Shown: positions 34,947-56,975 of the stretch, in pieces
Layout: the number at the start of each line of letters is the position of its first letter
Numbering within the stretch: the first letter of the stretch is position 1
Assembly (NCBI RefSeq): GCF_039654945.1
Contig: NW_027361867.1
Coordinates: 124,001-188,000 of the forward strand
Source: Dendrobates tinctorius
Taxonomy: Eukaryota
Direction of reading: 5' to 3'
DNA: 64,000 nt
The notes under the pieces: generated by a model
Seen by the model: only the letters and a program-made list of their open reading frames with translations
Told to the model about the DNA's origin: nothing
The model's database searches: none
Made by a program: the position numbers and the translations under genes

Positions 34947-36317
34947 CGCCATAATACTGTGTGAGGTGCTGGGGGGTCGTCATACTGTGTGGGAGACCTC
35001 ATACTGAGCTACATGGCCACACAGGAGAACAATTTCCTTGTGATGAGTCAGATAGAAAGTGAGAAATCCAGGCCTTTGGTCTATCTGATTGCCGTCCTCC
35101 TGAATTGATATGGTGTTGTGTGCCAGGAGGGAGACATCAGATAGTACGTTCTGAAGGAAAGCAAAGATATAATGGCAGTAAGAATTCGGATTCCAGGCAG
35201 GGAACATAGCGGAGACACAGAGCAGGAAGAGGTCATTAGCTCAGGTTTGCTGCACTATTGTGGCTTATAGCAAAGGTTATGTACTGCCGCATGTAACCGG
35301 AAAGTTCCTGACTGCATAATGCAGAAGAAGCATTCATAAAGTGTTGTGCCTGCCATCTGATGTATATACTTCTCATCAAGGTCTTGTTAAGTGAAGGAAA
35401 GTCTATTTTTGAACTTTGGTCTCCCTCATTCATCTCCATACCATCTGGTCTGGGCCTACTACGACAGCATGCAATCTGCAGAGTCGGGATATATGACTCT
35501 GCCAAATATATATTTAACGGGTGGTGTAGAAAATTGCTTTCGAAAGGCTTCTGGGATCGACTTTGAGATTGCCCCTTGCAGACCGGGGGGGCTGGACCCT
35601 CATCTGACCTTGTTTTCCATGGGCACACCGCTGGTGAAGGTTCCGTGTCTGCCTGCTGCACGCGCCATCTTCCTTCTCTGTGGTGACATCACCGCTACCC
35701 GGTGTTCGGGCGGTGTGGAGATTTCCTTCTGAACAGCATCTGCGTCCTGCCTTAGGCTTGCCCCTTGCTGACCGGGGGTTTTTCGCCCTCCTCTGCTCAA
35801 GTTAAGGCAGGGCACATCGCTGGAGTTTCTGTGGAGGACTGCTGCGGGTGCCATCTTCCTCCACCTTCAGTGATGTCCCCAGGCGTGACCAATCAGCAAC
35901 GCGGGATTTCCGTTACAGACAGAATTAGACGATTATATAGAGCTAACCCGTGGAAGCGCTGTTAGGCTGTCGTCAGTTTGCTCACTCCTTTCTTCAGCCT
36001 CCCGGCCATGAAGTTTTACACTTTTGCTACAAATAAACTATGTACTTTCAATATGGATCAGTGAGTGTTGCAGTCCTTACTTTCTTTGGTGAAATTATAT
36101 ATAGATAGATAGATAGATATGTGTGTGTATGTATATATATATATTTGGCAGAGTCATATCTCCCGACTCTGCAGATTGCTGCTGTCATTGTATTATTACA
36201 CAGGATTCTTATGATGTTACATCGGATCATCTTCTTCTCATTCAGGTCTCTACAATATCGGAACCTCTCAGTGAAGATCTTCTACAGAAGAGAATTTTCC
36301 TGATTTACCCATCAGGG

Positions 36318-45811
<9,494 letters not shown>

Positions 45812-45958
45812 CCAGAAAGCGAGTCTTGTTCCACACCAAATAACACACAGGGGAGAAACTTCTTTCTTGTTAAATGGAAAATAAATCTTGATCACATCAG
45901 AGAAGCCATTTTTCCTGTTCATAATGTGGAAATGTTTTAACCAGAAATGGAATCTTAC

Positions 45959-46335
<377 letters not shown>

Positions 46336-46859
46336 TAATGTGGGAAATATTATACTTGGAAATCAGCTGTTAATAAACATCAGAGATGTCACATAGGGGA
46401 GAAGCCTTTTTTATGTTCATAATGTTGGAATAGTTTTAACCAAACTTGAATTTTGTTAAATGGGTTGTCTCTTGTCATTCCTCATGTTTGCTGACAAAGG
46501 GATAAAACGAAACTTTATTAATTCCAAATGTAAAACTATACCCATAATTCACCCCCTGAATATTAGTCAGTAGATGACTAAGAGAAAAAAAACATATACC
46601 CCACATTTCAGTATATAGGGTGAGGTGATGTATACACACTCACTCTCCAAGTCTCTTATTTCTATGCGTTTCATCGTCCTCACCAAAGGAGACTCATCAG
46701 GTGACTATTTAATATTGACCTATATTCAAGCGAGACTGGACAAAAAAAAATTAAAATCGTGTATCATGTTATCTGAAACAGAAAGCTAGCCACATATCGG
46801 CAGATCCCAGACTTCAAACTATATACTTCATAGTTTTTACATCACGAGGGACACGGATC

Positions 46860-47335
46860 TATCATTCTACAGGAAACAACCTAGGGGTTTTTAGCCTCGG
46901 TTGGAAGAACACAGATCTGCTCCATTCACCATCGCTGAACCATGGATATGTTTGGAGATGCCAGGTTGTGATCCTCGGATCAACTGGCCTTTTACCTTGT
47001 ATGGACTGAATGGATTGTCATCTTCCTACACTTGTCATTACCTCCTCTCTGTGCGTGCCACAGGTGGGGTAGCGACCCTGGGAGCGAATCAGCGGAAGGG
47101 TGAGACTCTGTAATGTGCACTCTGTTGGGTATTTTGCTGGGACTGTTCTATGTGTTAGCTGCCTGTTTTGTGGTACAATAAAGCATTGCCACACTGTTTT
47201 ACCCTCACTGTGTGTTGTCTGAGTAGCGTTATGCCCATGTTAAAGGGAGATCTGGCGCTCGGTGGGCAATCCCTGATTCATGTGGTTTCAGCCAGCGGAC
47301 CGCGGCACCCGCTGACCACCCCATGTCTCCACCGG
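46860..47335 (+). mobile_element. Probable LTR 3' fragment
   Basis: AATAAA at ~47177 in an LTR-like context; termini not resolved. Confidence 0.4.
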
Positions 47336-47339
47336 CATG

Positions 47340-47686
47340 CTTCAATAGTCTCAATGGGAGGCTAGAAGCTGCTATAACCCGATCGGTTCTGCTACATACA
47401 GGCAATGCTCAGATCACCTGCATGTAGCAGAGTTGCTCACTTGCTATGAGCGCCGACCACTGGGCTGCGCTCATAGGATCCGGAAGTGACAACCATACAG
47501 GTCTGCTGGAGACCTCTGGTTGTCATGCCAACTCATCGGTGACCAGCGATCACGTGACAGGGTCACCAATGTGCGGGGTTTCTGGCCCATCATGTGTGAG
47601 AAAAGATGTAGGCTCAGTGCCGGAGCCCACATCAAAAGGAGGGAGTCCGGCATCAGCGTACATTTACACCCGATGTCAGAAAGGGG
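47340..47686 (+). mobile_element. piggyBac-type MITE right end
   Basis: ...CCGATGTCAGAAAGGGG-TTAA, matching the terminus at 26786-26806. Confidence 0.7.
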
Positions 47687-47937
47687 TTAAAAGGGATTGT
47701 TTTTACAGAGACAGAAGTGGTAATCAATCATGTATATATACAAATAATTACAAAAATACACAGCTTCTAATGTTAAATAGTATAGAGTTAAGACAAGAAA
47801 ATATAATTTATGTAAACCATGTGTAGATATAAAAATTCAGGCAAATGTCAAATGTTCAAAAACAGCAAAAAGCAGAGATGCTGACCTGCCCAGACCTCCG
47901 AACAAACGCACTATCAGGGTGAGTGGGCCCATATAGT

Positions 47938-50900
47938 TTTTTTTAAATAAGATAAATTTTTATTTAACCAAATTTAAGGTACAAAACAAAAGAACAAAAA
48001 TCGCAATGAGAACAGCATTAACAATGGGCATTAGTTTCAGAAATTCCTTCCCCTCCCCCCATTACATACAAGAGCAGCAAATAATGCATGGTGTAACCTA
48101 AGTTCAGGGTCATCTTCTCTCCACCCAAGCTGTCCACAGTGTCTCAGATGTTCTTATGCCTTTTCTCTTAATGTAAATGTTTTTCCATATTCACAATATA
48201 GTCAGACTAAAAAAAACAAAAAAACTGAACTGGAGTAGACTTGAATGAGATGCATGATGTAAAAGCATGTTCACACTGGCCATAAAAGCAAGCAAAACAA
48301 AGGAAAAAACAATGTGTGTATATACCCTAATGAAAATAAGTAAAAAAGCAAGTGCATTACATAACATAGGGTACTTGGTAAACACTGTTTTGATCAAAAA
48401 AATATACTGAGCTGTGTAGTTCACTTATAGTCCCTCTGAAGCTGGGTGTCCGTGGGGACCCAGAGACTCTGCCACTGTTCACACTAGGTAGGTTTTAACC
48501 GTTAGTGTAGTTACTGTCTCAAATGGGTACACCTTGCCGTGGTGGGACAGCTTTATACTTTTTTGATCAAAATAGTGTTTACTAAGTACCCTATGTTATT
48601 TAATGCACTTGCTTTTTTACTTATTTATTTTCATTAGGGTATACACACATTGTTTTTTCCTTTTGTTTTAATATAGTCAGACTGTCTGAAAAATTCCCTC
48701 AGTGTCGGCGGATCTTCATTTATCCAGTGTCTGACGATCAGTTTTTGCGCAATATATAATAATCTAGCTATAGCCACCTTATATTTATTATGTACCTGGA
48801 CCTCCTCCACATATCCCAGTATACACACCACAGGATCCCTCTCAATCCTACAACCATACGCGCCTCCTATGGCATTACGCACCGCCGTCCAATATGGGTT
48901 CAGATTTGGACACTGCCATAACATATAGAGAACTCCAGCCCCCTCCATTCGGCACCGAGGACACCCAGAAGTCTGTCTCAGACCCGCTCTATACAGCCAT
49001 CCAGGAGTCCTATATACTCTATGGAGTACATATATCTGCGAGAGTCTGCCCGGTTCACTCAGCGATAATTGGGGTATATATTCCATAATCACTTCCCATT
49101 TATCTTCCTCTATTTTACCCAACTCCTCCTCCCATTTCCCCTGTGCTCTAATAGGATAATTATTTAAAAAAGTATGCATTAGATCCTTATAAATGCCCGA
49201 CACTACCCCTTTTGTTCCCCCCTCTGCACAGACATAATCAATATATCCTTGTGAATCTCCATATTCATCGTCCTACTCTGCGTAACATAAGCATGCCTAA
49301 ACTGCCCATATTGAAATCTGCAGACCTCCCGTAGCCCATAATCTTCCTGGAACTTTCCAAACGGCACCAGTCTCTGTGCGTCCTGCACCTGAACCATGTA
49401 CTGTATTCCCAGTCTCATGCATTTTTTAAATTCTCCCATTTTAACAAATTCCGGTAGAGTCTCGTTTTGCTATATCGGGGAAAAATTTGTCAAGTGTTCC
49501 AAACCCCTCATCTTTTTAATTGCCTCCCAGACTTTATGTATCAGCGCTAAAGTAGGATACATCAAACCCAACTTCCTAAACCTTCCTGCCTCCAACCCCT
49601 GAACCAAGGGATCCCTCCCCGTCACCTGGACCAAGACCCTTTGTATTGAACCAGCCCCAGACACATCCTTCCACCCCCTCATCTGTTGGCCCTGAGCAGC
49701 TAAGTAATAAATCCAAGGGTTCGGAAGCACCTGTCCCCCTCCATCCTTGGGCCTCTGTAATATCTCAAGTCTGATCCTTGGCTGCTATTTTCCCACACAA
49801 GATCCCTAAATATAGAGTCAATAGTACGAAACCACCGCTTAGGGAACCAGATAGGGGCATTGTGCAAGATGTATAGCAGTTGGGGCATCAAAATCATCTT
49901 AATCAGATTAATTCTTCCCACTACTGAAAGATACAGTTTACACCACGCCCCTACTTTACTCCAAAACTTACTCAGCAGTGGAATCAGATTCAAATCTGCC
50001 TAGCTCAAAATCAGAAGTGCCACCTGAATGCCCAGGTATTTAAAGTGTCACACCACTGCCAACCTACTACCCTCCCCCAACACTGGCAAATCAACAATAC
50101 AATCATCTACAGCCATGACAGTGGATTTTTCCCAGTTAATTTCTAATCCCGATATGGACCCAAATGTTTTAATAATATCCATTGCTCTCAACAACGACTC
50201 TCCGGAATCCTCCAAAAAAAGCAACACATCATCTTCATACAGTTATACTTTTTCTTCTACCAAGCCATATCTGAACCCTTTAACCGAAGCCGTCCTCCTA
50301 ATTGTCTGCTCCAGGGGCTCCACTGCCAATACAAAAAGTAGGGGGACAGTGGACACCCCTGCCTAGTCCCCCTATGAAGCGAAAAACTCCCAGACATTTG
50401 CCCGTTAACTTTGACCCTAGCGGTCGGGAAAGTATATAGCAACCGTATCCATGAAATAAAGGTTGGCCCAAAACCAAAGCGTTCCAATACCCTGCAAAGA
50501 TACTGTCACTCAACACTATCAAATGCTCTACGCGCATCCAATGATACCACAACCCTACTGCCCCTATTGTGTGACGGCAGCTGCAAGTTCAGAAAAATTC
50601 TACGCAAATTAATCGCCGTAGACTTTTTTGGCATAAAACCGTATTGGTCCGGATGGACAAGATCCTGAACCACACTCGCCAAACGGCTAGCCAAAATTTT
50701 AGCCAAAATCATTACATCCACCGTCAGCAACGAGATGGGCCTATAAGATTCTGCCAACCCCGGATCTCTTCCCTCTTTCGGAATAACCACCACCACCGCC
50801 TCCCTCATGGACGCCAGTAATTCACTCTGCTGAAGAGTCTCTTCAAAAACCTTTTGCAGTCTGAGTGTCACCATCTCAATTGTTTGTAGATTTCACTCGG

Positions 50901-52220
50901 ATACCATCTGCCCCGGGGCCCTATTATTAGCCATAGATGTAATAGCCATTTCTATCTCTTCTTTTGTTATGGGCAGCTCCAGTCTCCCCCTATCACTGTC
51001 TTTAATCCTCGGGAGCCCTGCTTCCTGAAGAAAACCCTCTATGTCCCTAAATGAGTCCCCCGATCCCGAAGAATATAACTGATTATAGAATCGTCTAAAT
51101 TCCTCCAAAATACTCTGTGTCCCCCACCTCCCTTCCCTCATCAGTCTTCAATTTATATACATAAGACGATTCCCTCTGCGCCACCACCACCACTGACAAC
51201 AGAGCCCCGCTTTTTCACCTTCATCATAAAATTGTGTTTTCTGGAAGGCCCTCCTCCTCTCTGCTTTCCTCAGATACACCTTATTAACCTCTTCCTGTGC
51301 ACCCCTTGGCCTACTCTGATTTTCTGCTGACGGTCCAGTACCACATCCCTCTCCACCCTCTCCCAAGTTTCTATTATTTTCCTGTCTTCTAGCTGAGATT
51401 TCGACCTACACCTGGACATCTCTTGAAACAAAAGACCCCTTAGGACCACTTTCATAGCGTCCCACACCACCCGACTATCAGCACTGCCTTCAGTAATCCG
51501 CCAGTACTCCTCCAGTTCTTCCTTTATAGTATTCATATCAATATATTCCAGCCACACTGGGTTCAACTTCCACCCACCTCCCTTCCCATTCTTCCCCCCC
51601 ATCAGTCTAATGGACAATTCTATAGGCTTATGGTCTGGAATCACCCTTGGGGGGTATTCCACTCCACAGACCAGTTGTGTCATTAGTTCATGTCCCAGTG
51701 CCATATCTATTCGTGAGAGAGACCCATGTGTCGCCGAATAACAAGAGTAGCACACCGCGTTCTCATTACTCACCCTCCACAGGTCCATCATTCCAATCTC
51801 TGTAATATAATTCCCAAATGCTGTCAGTTTCCTAATGCTTTTACCTGCACTCTGTTTAGGTCTATCCCACCCCTCATCTATAACATTATTGACATCACCA
51901 ATAATAAGTAGTGGTAATCCCGTACCCCGCTTACATAATTCCATAACCTCACATAGCTTTTTCCCGCTATATGGCGGTGGTATGTACATAGCTGCTATAC
52001 ATAGTGATTGCCCATAGATTCTACAAATAACAAAAATATACTGTCCTTCACTATCAACATGGCTTTCAATTTCTTCACATGGCGTAGAAGCTCCTATTAA
52101 TGGCGAGACCCCTCTAGCATATGAAGAATACGTGGAATGATAGGCTCTCCCAATCCACCTCCTCTTCCACCTCCACCTTTTCCCTCTGTAAATGAGTCTC
52201 CTGGAGGCATAGAACTCTGT
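47938..52220 (-). mobile_element. L1-clade LINE, 5'-truncated within the endonuclease; ORF2 pseudogene
   Basis: LCLQETH, YIPPP, GDVN, SRIDM, YRPISLL, QYGF, SLDARRAFDSV, GTRQGCPLSP, YEDD, KYLGI, GRINLIKM and a C-terminal CPRC...WQC; A-rich tail with AATAAA near 47960. Confidence 0.92.
48209..48669. mobile_element. 461-bp fold-back insertion in the L1 ORF2 C-terminus (Penelope-like architecture)
   Basis: 14-bp TSD AATATAGTCAGACT (48195-48208 and 48670-48683); ~115-bp inverted arms 48294-48410 / 48552-48669. Confidence 0.75.
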
Positions 52221-52429
52221 TTTTTTCCATAAGATTTTATTTAAATTTAAATAAAGTCACATTAACAACAAGGTAAAACAAACAAAAAAATTAGCCTCAC
52301 TGTGTCCTATATTAGGATTCAGTCCGTCTTGCAATGTAGTGGGTCTCCAGCCAATAGTCGTGACTTGCGACTTATCACAAGAAAGAAATCTTGGCGAGTC
52401 CCAAAAATGGACAAAATCCTCAAATTTAT

Positions 52430-54850
52430 TTCAAATATTTTAAAAGCTCATACAGGTTGGGGATACATCTCAACGCGTTTCTGGCAAAAGCCCTTATTCA
52501 CTGAGATACAGATTCCTTATGATACATGGTCTAAAAACAAATGGTAACCAACCGCTGATCAATGAACACACATGTTAGCAATCAATCACATTTTGAGAAT
52601 AATTTGCATAATCAGCAAGCTAGATCCCAAGGAAAAAAAAAATCACACTCCATAATCAAACCACCGGAATTTAATCTAGATAGTGTCATTTCTATCACTC
52701 TTACCATTGGGGCATTTTGTGTCACGTCTGATGATCCAAAATCGTTCCCTTCGGAGGAGTTTTTCTTCCACTCACCGCCTCTGATAGGATTCTCCACTCT
52801 TTCTATCCCATAGAGTGAAACATTGGTTGTTCCCCCTTCTGTCTCTCTGTACAGTGTTTCCTGCTCCTGAGTAGGAGGCCTTCTTATCTCTGATGTTGGT
52901 AACATGTTCTGTGTCCTTTTCTGTAATTTACGCATTGTGCGGCCCATGGATTTCATTTTACGTTCTTTGCAGAATATACAATACACAGCATGGTTTGTGC
53001 TACAATTGATGAATCGTTTGATCTCATTGGCGGCATCAATCTTTGGCGTTTGCAGGGTATACTGACACATGGCGCATTTGGGACATGCACATTTAATAAA
53101 CCTCCGCAGCTTAGCCAAGGTTCTTTATCACTTATTGGAGGCCTGTATAGACTTGGGGAAAGAGTAGCACCTACTGACCGCCCTATTCTCGGCACACATA
53201 CTAATCCATTTTCCAGGATTTTATATAAGTCCTGACCTTGGAATAATATAGGGACATATCTATGTACAATGTTTTTATTTCCTGAAATTGGCCACTATAT
53301 GGAGAACTAAAAATGGTTTTATTTTTCATGTTATTAGTTTGTTATTACTATTTATACCGTCATCTCGAGTGTTTCTTACAAGAACTTTTGTTATTGCTGT
53401 ATCAGTTTGTTTCTTCCTGTGTCCCCATCAGTCTCGATGTCGCTGTCTCTGCTTGCTCATGGCGTAGTGTGATGTCAGAGCGGTTTCTATAGATTCTATT
53501 TAGTCCCCATAAGGGATGAATTCGCAGTGTGTGCAGGGTGGCAGCTGTCCGCTCTAAGGGTGGTGTTCCCACTGGTTTTCTATAGTTCCGATATCTGACT
53601 TTTTGTTGTTTTACATCTCCCATAAGAAACAAATCCAAGAGACTGATTTTACCCTGTGGTTCGGTATATGTAAATTTTACATTTACATCATTGGCATGGA
53701 TATAGGATACAAAATGTGGGATTTTCTCCACTTGCCCGACCCATATTAATAGAACATCATCCAGATATCTCACATATAGTTCAAGGTCAATTTTGAATGG
53801 ATTTTTGTCTGTAAAAATAATGTTTTCTTCCCACCACGATACAAAAAGTACCGCTAAAGATGGAGCGAAGCACGAGCCCATTGGGCAACCTCTGATTTGG
53901 AAGTAATATTCCTCATTGAACATAAAGTTATGCTCTAACAGATATTCAGTGCTGCGGAGAATAACTTCCTTTGTTTCATCCGTGTATCCGCTGTATTTTT
54001 GTAGGTTATGGAACACAGCAGTGCTAAATTCTGTGGAATAGATGAGAACAGGTTCACCACATCACACAGCGGGCATTTAGACTTTTCAGACCATTTTACA
54101 TCTTTCATATAATCGATTACTGATGACGGATCTTTTATAACCTGGGCTTCTGGGAATGAATGGCTGTAGATAAAAATCAAGGAAGAAATGCTGGATATAA
54201 TGGGACGCAGGGTGTAGGAAATCTAATTTATGGAAGCCCATGGAATATTGGTGTTATCGGATTATCAGGTATAATACTGCAACTTATTTTATTAGAGAAC
54301 ACCCCCATTTTCCCTCCATCTTCTACCAGTTTACCCAGGGTTTTTCTGCACGATTCTGTAGGGTCAAATTGAATCCAGGATATCATAAACCCATTTTCCA
54401 TAAAGTTTCTTATCCATAAGGACCATGCAGTCGGCTTTATCGGATTTCTTAATCACCAGGTCATCTCTTTGGGATAAGCTGGTGATTGCTTTTTTCTTAT
54501 TTTACCGAAAAGATTCCAAGGTAGAATGTATTTCAACTTTTCAGTCTTTAATTGAAAGAGATTTGATAGAACTTTCTCCAAAAAAATAAACAGAATGTAT
54601 CACTCAAAAGAAATAATCTAACCATAGAGGAAAAACACCAATATTTCATGGGCTTCCAAAAACCCATAAATTAGAATTTCCTACACCCCTGCGTCCCATT
54701 ACTTCAAGCATGTCTTCCTTGAATGAGAATTTAAGCCGATGGGTAGATTTTTATCTACAGCCATTCATTCCCAGAAGCCCAGGTTATAAAAGATCCGTCA
54801 TCAGTAATAGATTATATGAAAGATGTAAAATGGTCTGAAAAGTCTAAATT
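52430..54850 (-). mobile_element. Penelope-like element (Neptune-type: RT, Cys-rich linker, GIY-YIG), decayed, with an inverted 5' segment
   Basis: CDVVNLFSSIP, YFQIRGCPMGSCFAPSLA, RYLDDVLLIW, KCACPKCAMC and FINCSTNHAVYCIFC...GRT.R.LQKR. Segment 54636-54850 is an inverted copy of ~54076-54255. Confidence 0.88.
52466..52508 (-). ncRNA. Degenerate minimal hammerhead ribozyme in the Penelope 3' repeat
   Basis: TATCTCA-GTGAATAA-GGGC TTTT GCCA-GAAAC GCGT-TGAGATG. Stems I and II and the palindromic stem III are present; the CUGANGA box is mutated. Confidence 0.65.
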
Positions 54851-54904
54851 CACTCTAGGTATAATAATACCTATATAATGACTTTTCCCTTTGTGGGATT
54901 TTTG

Positions 54905-55343
54905 ATAAAAAGGTTGACAACTAGTTGGACAACCCCTTCTCATTCCTCATGTTTGGTCCTGTTAGAATAAAAACACTTACACAAACCTCCCATGCTGGCA
55001 CCGTCTCAGTGGTGTCGGCACTTGCGTTCTTTGGTCTCTTTTGAGGTTTTTACGTCATGTGAGCCCTGTGCCCAATCAGCGCTGACGTCACTGTCCCCAC
55101 CTTCGGACAAATCAAGCATCATGAGGCCGTCAGAGAGCAGCCGCAGCCCTGGCTTCATGTTCATGTTCAATACGTCCGAAGGAAGGAACAGTGAAGCTGC
55201 CGCTGATTGGGTGCAGGGCTCGTGTGATGTGAGAACCTCACATAGGCCCCGGGACAGTGAGTCTCAACACCACTGAAGTGGAGCCGGCACGCCAGCGGAG
55301 TATGTGTGTTTTTATTTTAAAGAGGCCAAACATGAGGAACGAG
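54905..55343. mobile_element. T2/Kolobok-type palindromic MITE remnant
   Basis: Inverted arms CTCATTCCTCATGTTTGG...AATAAAAACAC / GTGTTTTTATT...CCAAACATGAGGAACGAG. Confidence 0.55.
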
Positions 55344-55372
55344 TTCACTGAGAAAAAAAAAAGATGTATATA

Positions 55373-55915
55373 CCGTATTTTTTGGACTATAAGACGCACT
55401 TGGTTTTAGAGCAGGAAATTAGGAAAATAAATTAATGCAAAAAATGTGGTCAATTCTGTACTTAATATCCCCCATCCTGGTATATATGGTCCCCTCACCC
55501 CCATCCGATACACAACCCCCCCATCCCTATCCTGGTATGCAGGGCCCCCATCTCGTCCTAGTATGCAGGGCCCCCATCTCGTCCTGGTATGCAGGGCCTC
55601 CTCCCCCATCCTGGTATGCATGGCACCATCAGAAAACATTAAAAAAAATTACACTTACCTACCCGGCGCTCCCTCACAGCGTCCTGCTCCAGTGTCAGTA
55701 ACTGCTATATGCTTGTAAGCAGCACATGGCAGGGACATCATACGCTGCTCACAAGCAGAGCACAGCTGCCGGAGTACTCGCCAGGACTGTTCATCGGAGA
55801 TCGCAGTGAGTACTCATTGCTCTTCAGTAGCGTGCAGAGTCAGCCACCGGCATCCTGCTGCTGCCGGTGGTCATGTGTGCCGCTACTTATGAGAAATGAA
55901 TATTCATTGGATTCA
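55373..55915 (+). mobile_element. Tc2/pogo-like MITE, left end only
   Basis: TA-CCGTATTTTTTGGACTATAAGACGCAC terminus followed by short CCTGGTATGCAGGGCCCC repeats. Confidence 0.55.
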
Positions 55916-55921
55916 TTGATC

Positions 55922-56617
55922 AGGAGACTATTTAATATTGAACTATATTCAAGCGAAACTAGACGAAGAAAACCCTAAAATCATGTATCATGTTATCTGA
56001 AACAGTCAGAAAACTAGCCACATATTGGCAGACTCCAGCTTCAAACTATATACTTTGTAAGTTTATAAGCCCCTCCAGTGTCAGGAATAGATAGTATGTG
56101 AGAATACAGTATATACTGCTCAGGGAACACTTACCTTTCAGAGATAATTTCCATATTCATACTAAATAATGGCACAGATCTCCCAGACATTATGATTGCA
56201 CATATCCCTAGTCTTTATACCGATATTGCACTCATTCCCTGACAGACCGCAGCATGGCCATTAGTTAGAAGCTGCTAATGATCTTTGGAGCAGGTAAGTT
56301 TTCCCTGAGTGGTACATATTGGGCCGTCTGAAGACTGAGTTTAGTCTAGGACAATTTGTCTGCACTACTAATTAACAGCAGTTACATTACCAAACTAGGG
56401 CAGTCCCTATAGGAGAAAAACACAAGAATTATACTGTATTGTCACATACTATCTATTCCTGACACTGGAGGGGCTTATAAACTTACACAGTATATAGTTT
56501 GAGGTCTGGGATCTGCCAATATGTGGCTAGTTTTCTGACTTTTTCAGATAACATGATACATGATTTTAGTTTTTTGTCTAGTCTCGCTTGAATATAGGTC
56601 AATATTAAATAGTCTCC
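55922..56617. repeat. ~180-bp inverted repeat (55922-56101 / 56442-56617) downstream of gene B
   Basis: Arms share AGGAGACTATTTAATATTGA...AAGTTTATAAGCCCCTCCAGTGTCAGGAATAGATAGTATGTGA. Confidence 0.9.
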
Positions 56618-56975
56618 TTATGAGTCGCCTTTGGAGAGGACGATGAAACCCATAGAAATGAGAGGCTTGGAGAGTGAGTGTGTATACGTCACCTCACCCT
56701 ATATACTGAACTGTGGGGTACATGTTTTTTCTATTAGTCACCTACTGACTAACCTTCAGGGGGTGAATTATGGGTATAGTTTTACTTTTGGAATTAATAA
56801 TGTTTAGTTTTATCCTTTTGTCAGCAAACATGAGGAATGACAAGAGACAACCCATTTAAGAAGATTCATTTTGGTTAAAACTATTCCAACATTATGAACA
56901 TAAAAAAGGCTTCTCCCCTATGTGACGTCTCTGATGTTTATTAACACTTGATTGCCAAGTAAAATATTTCCTATC

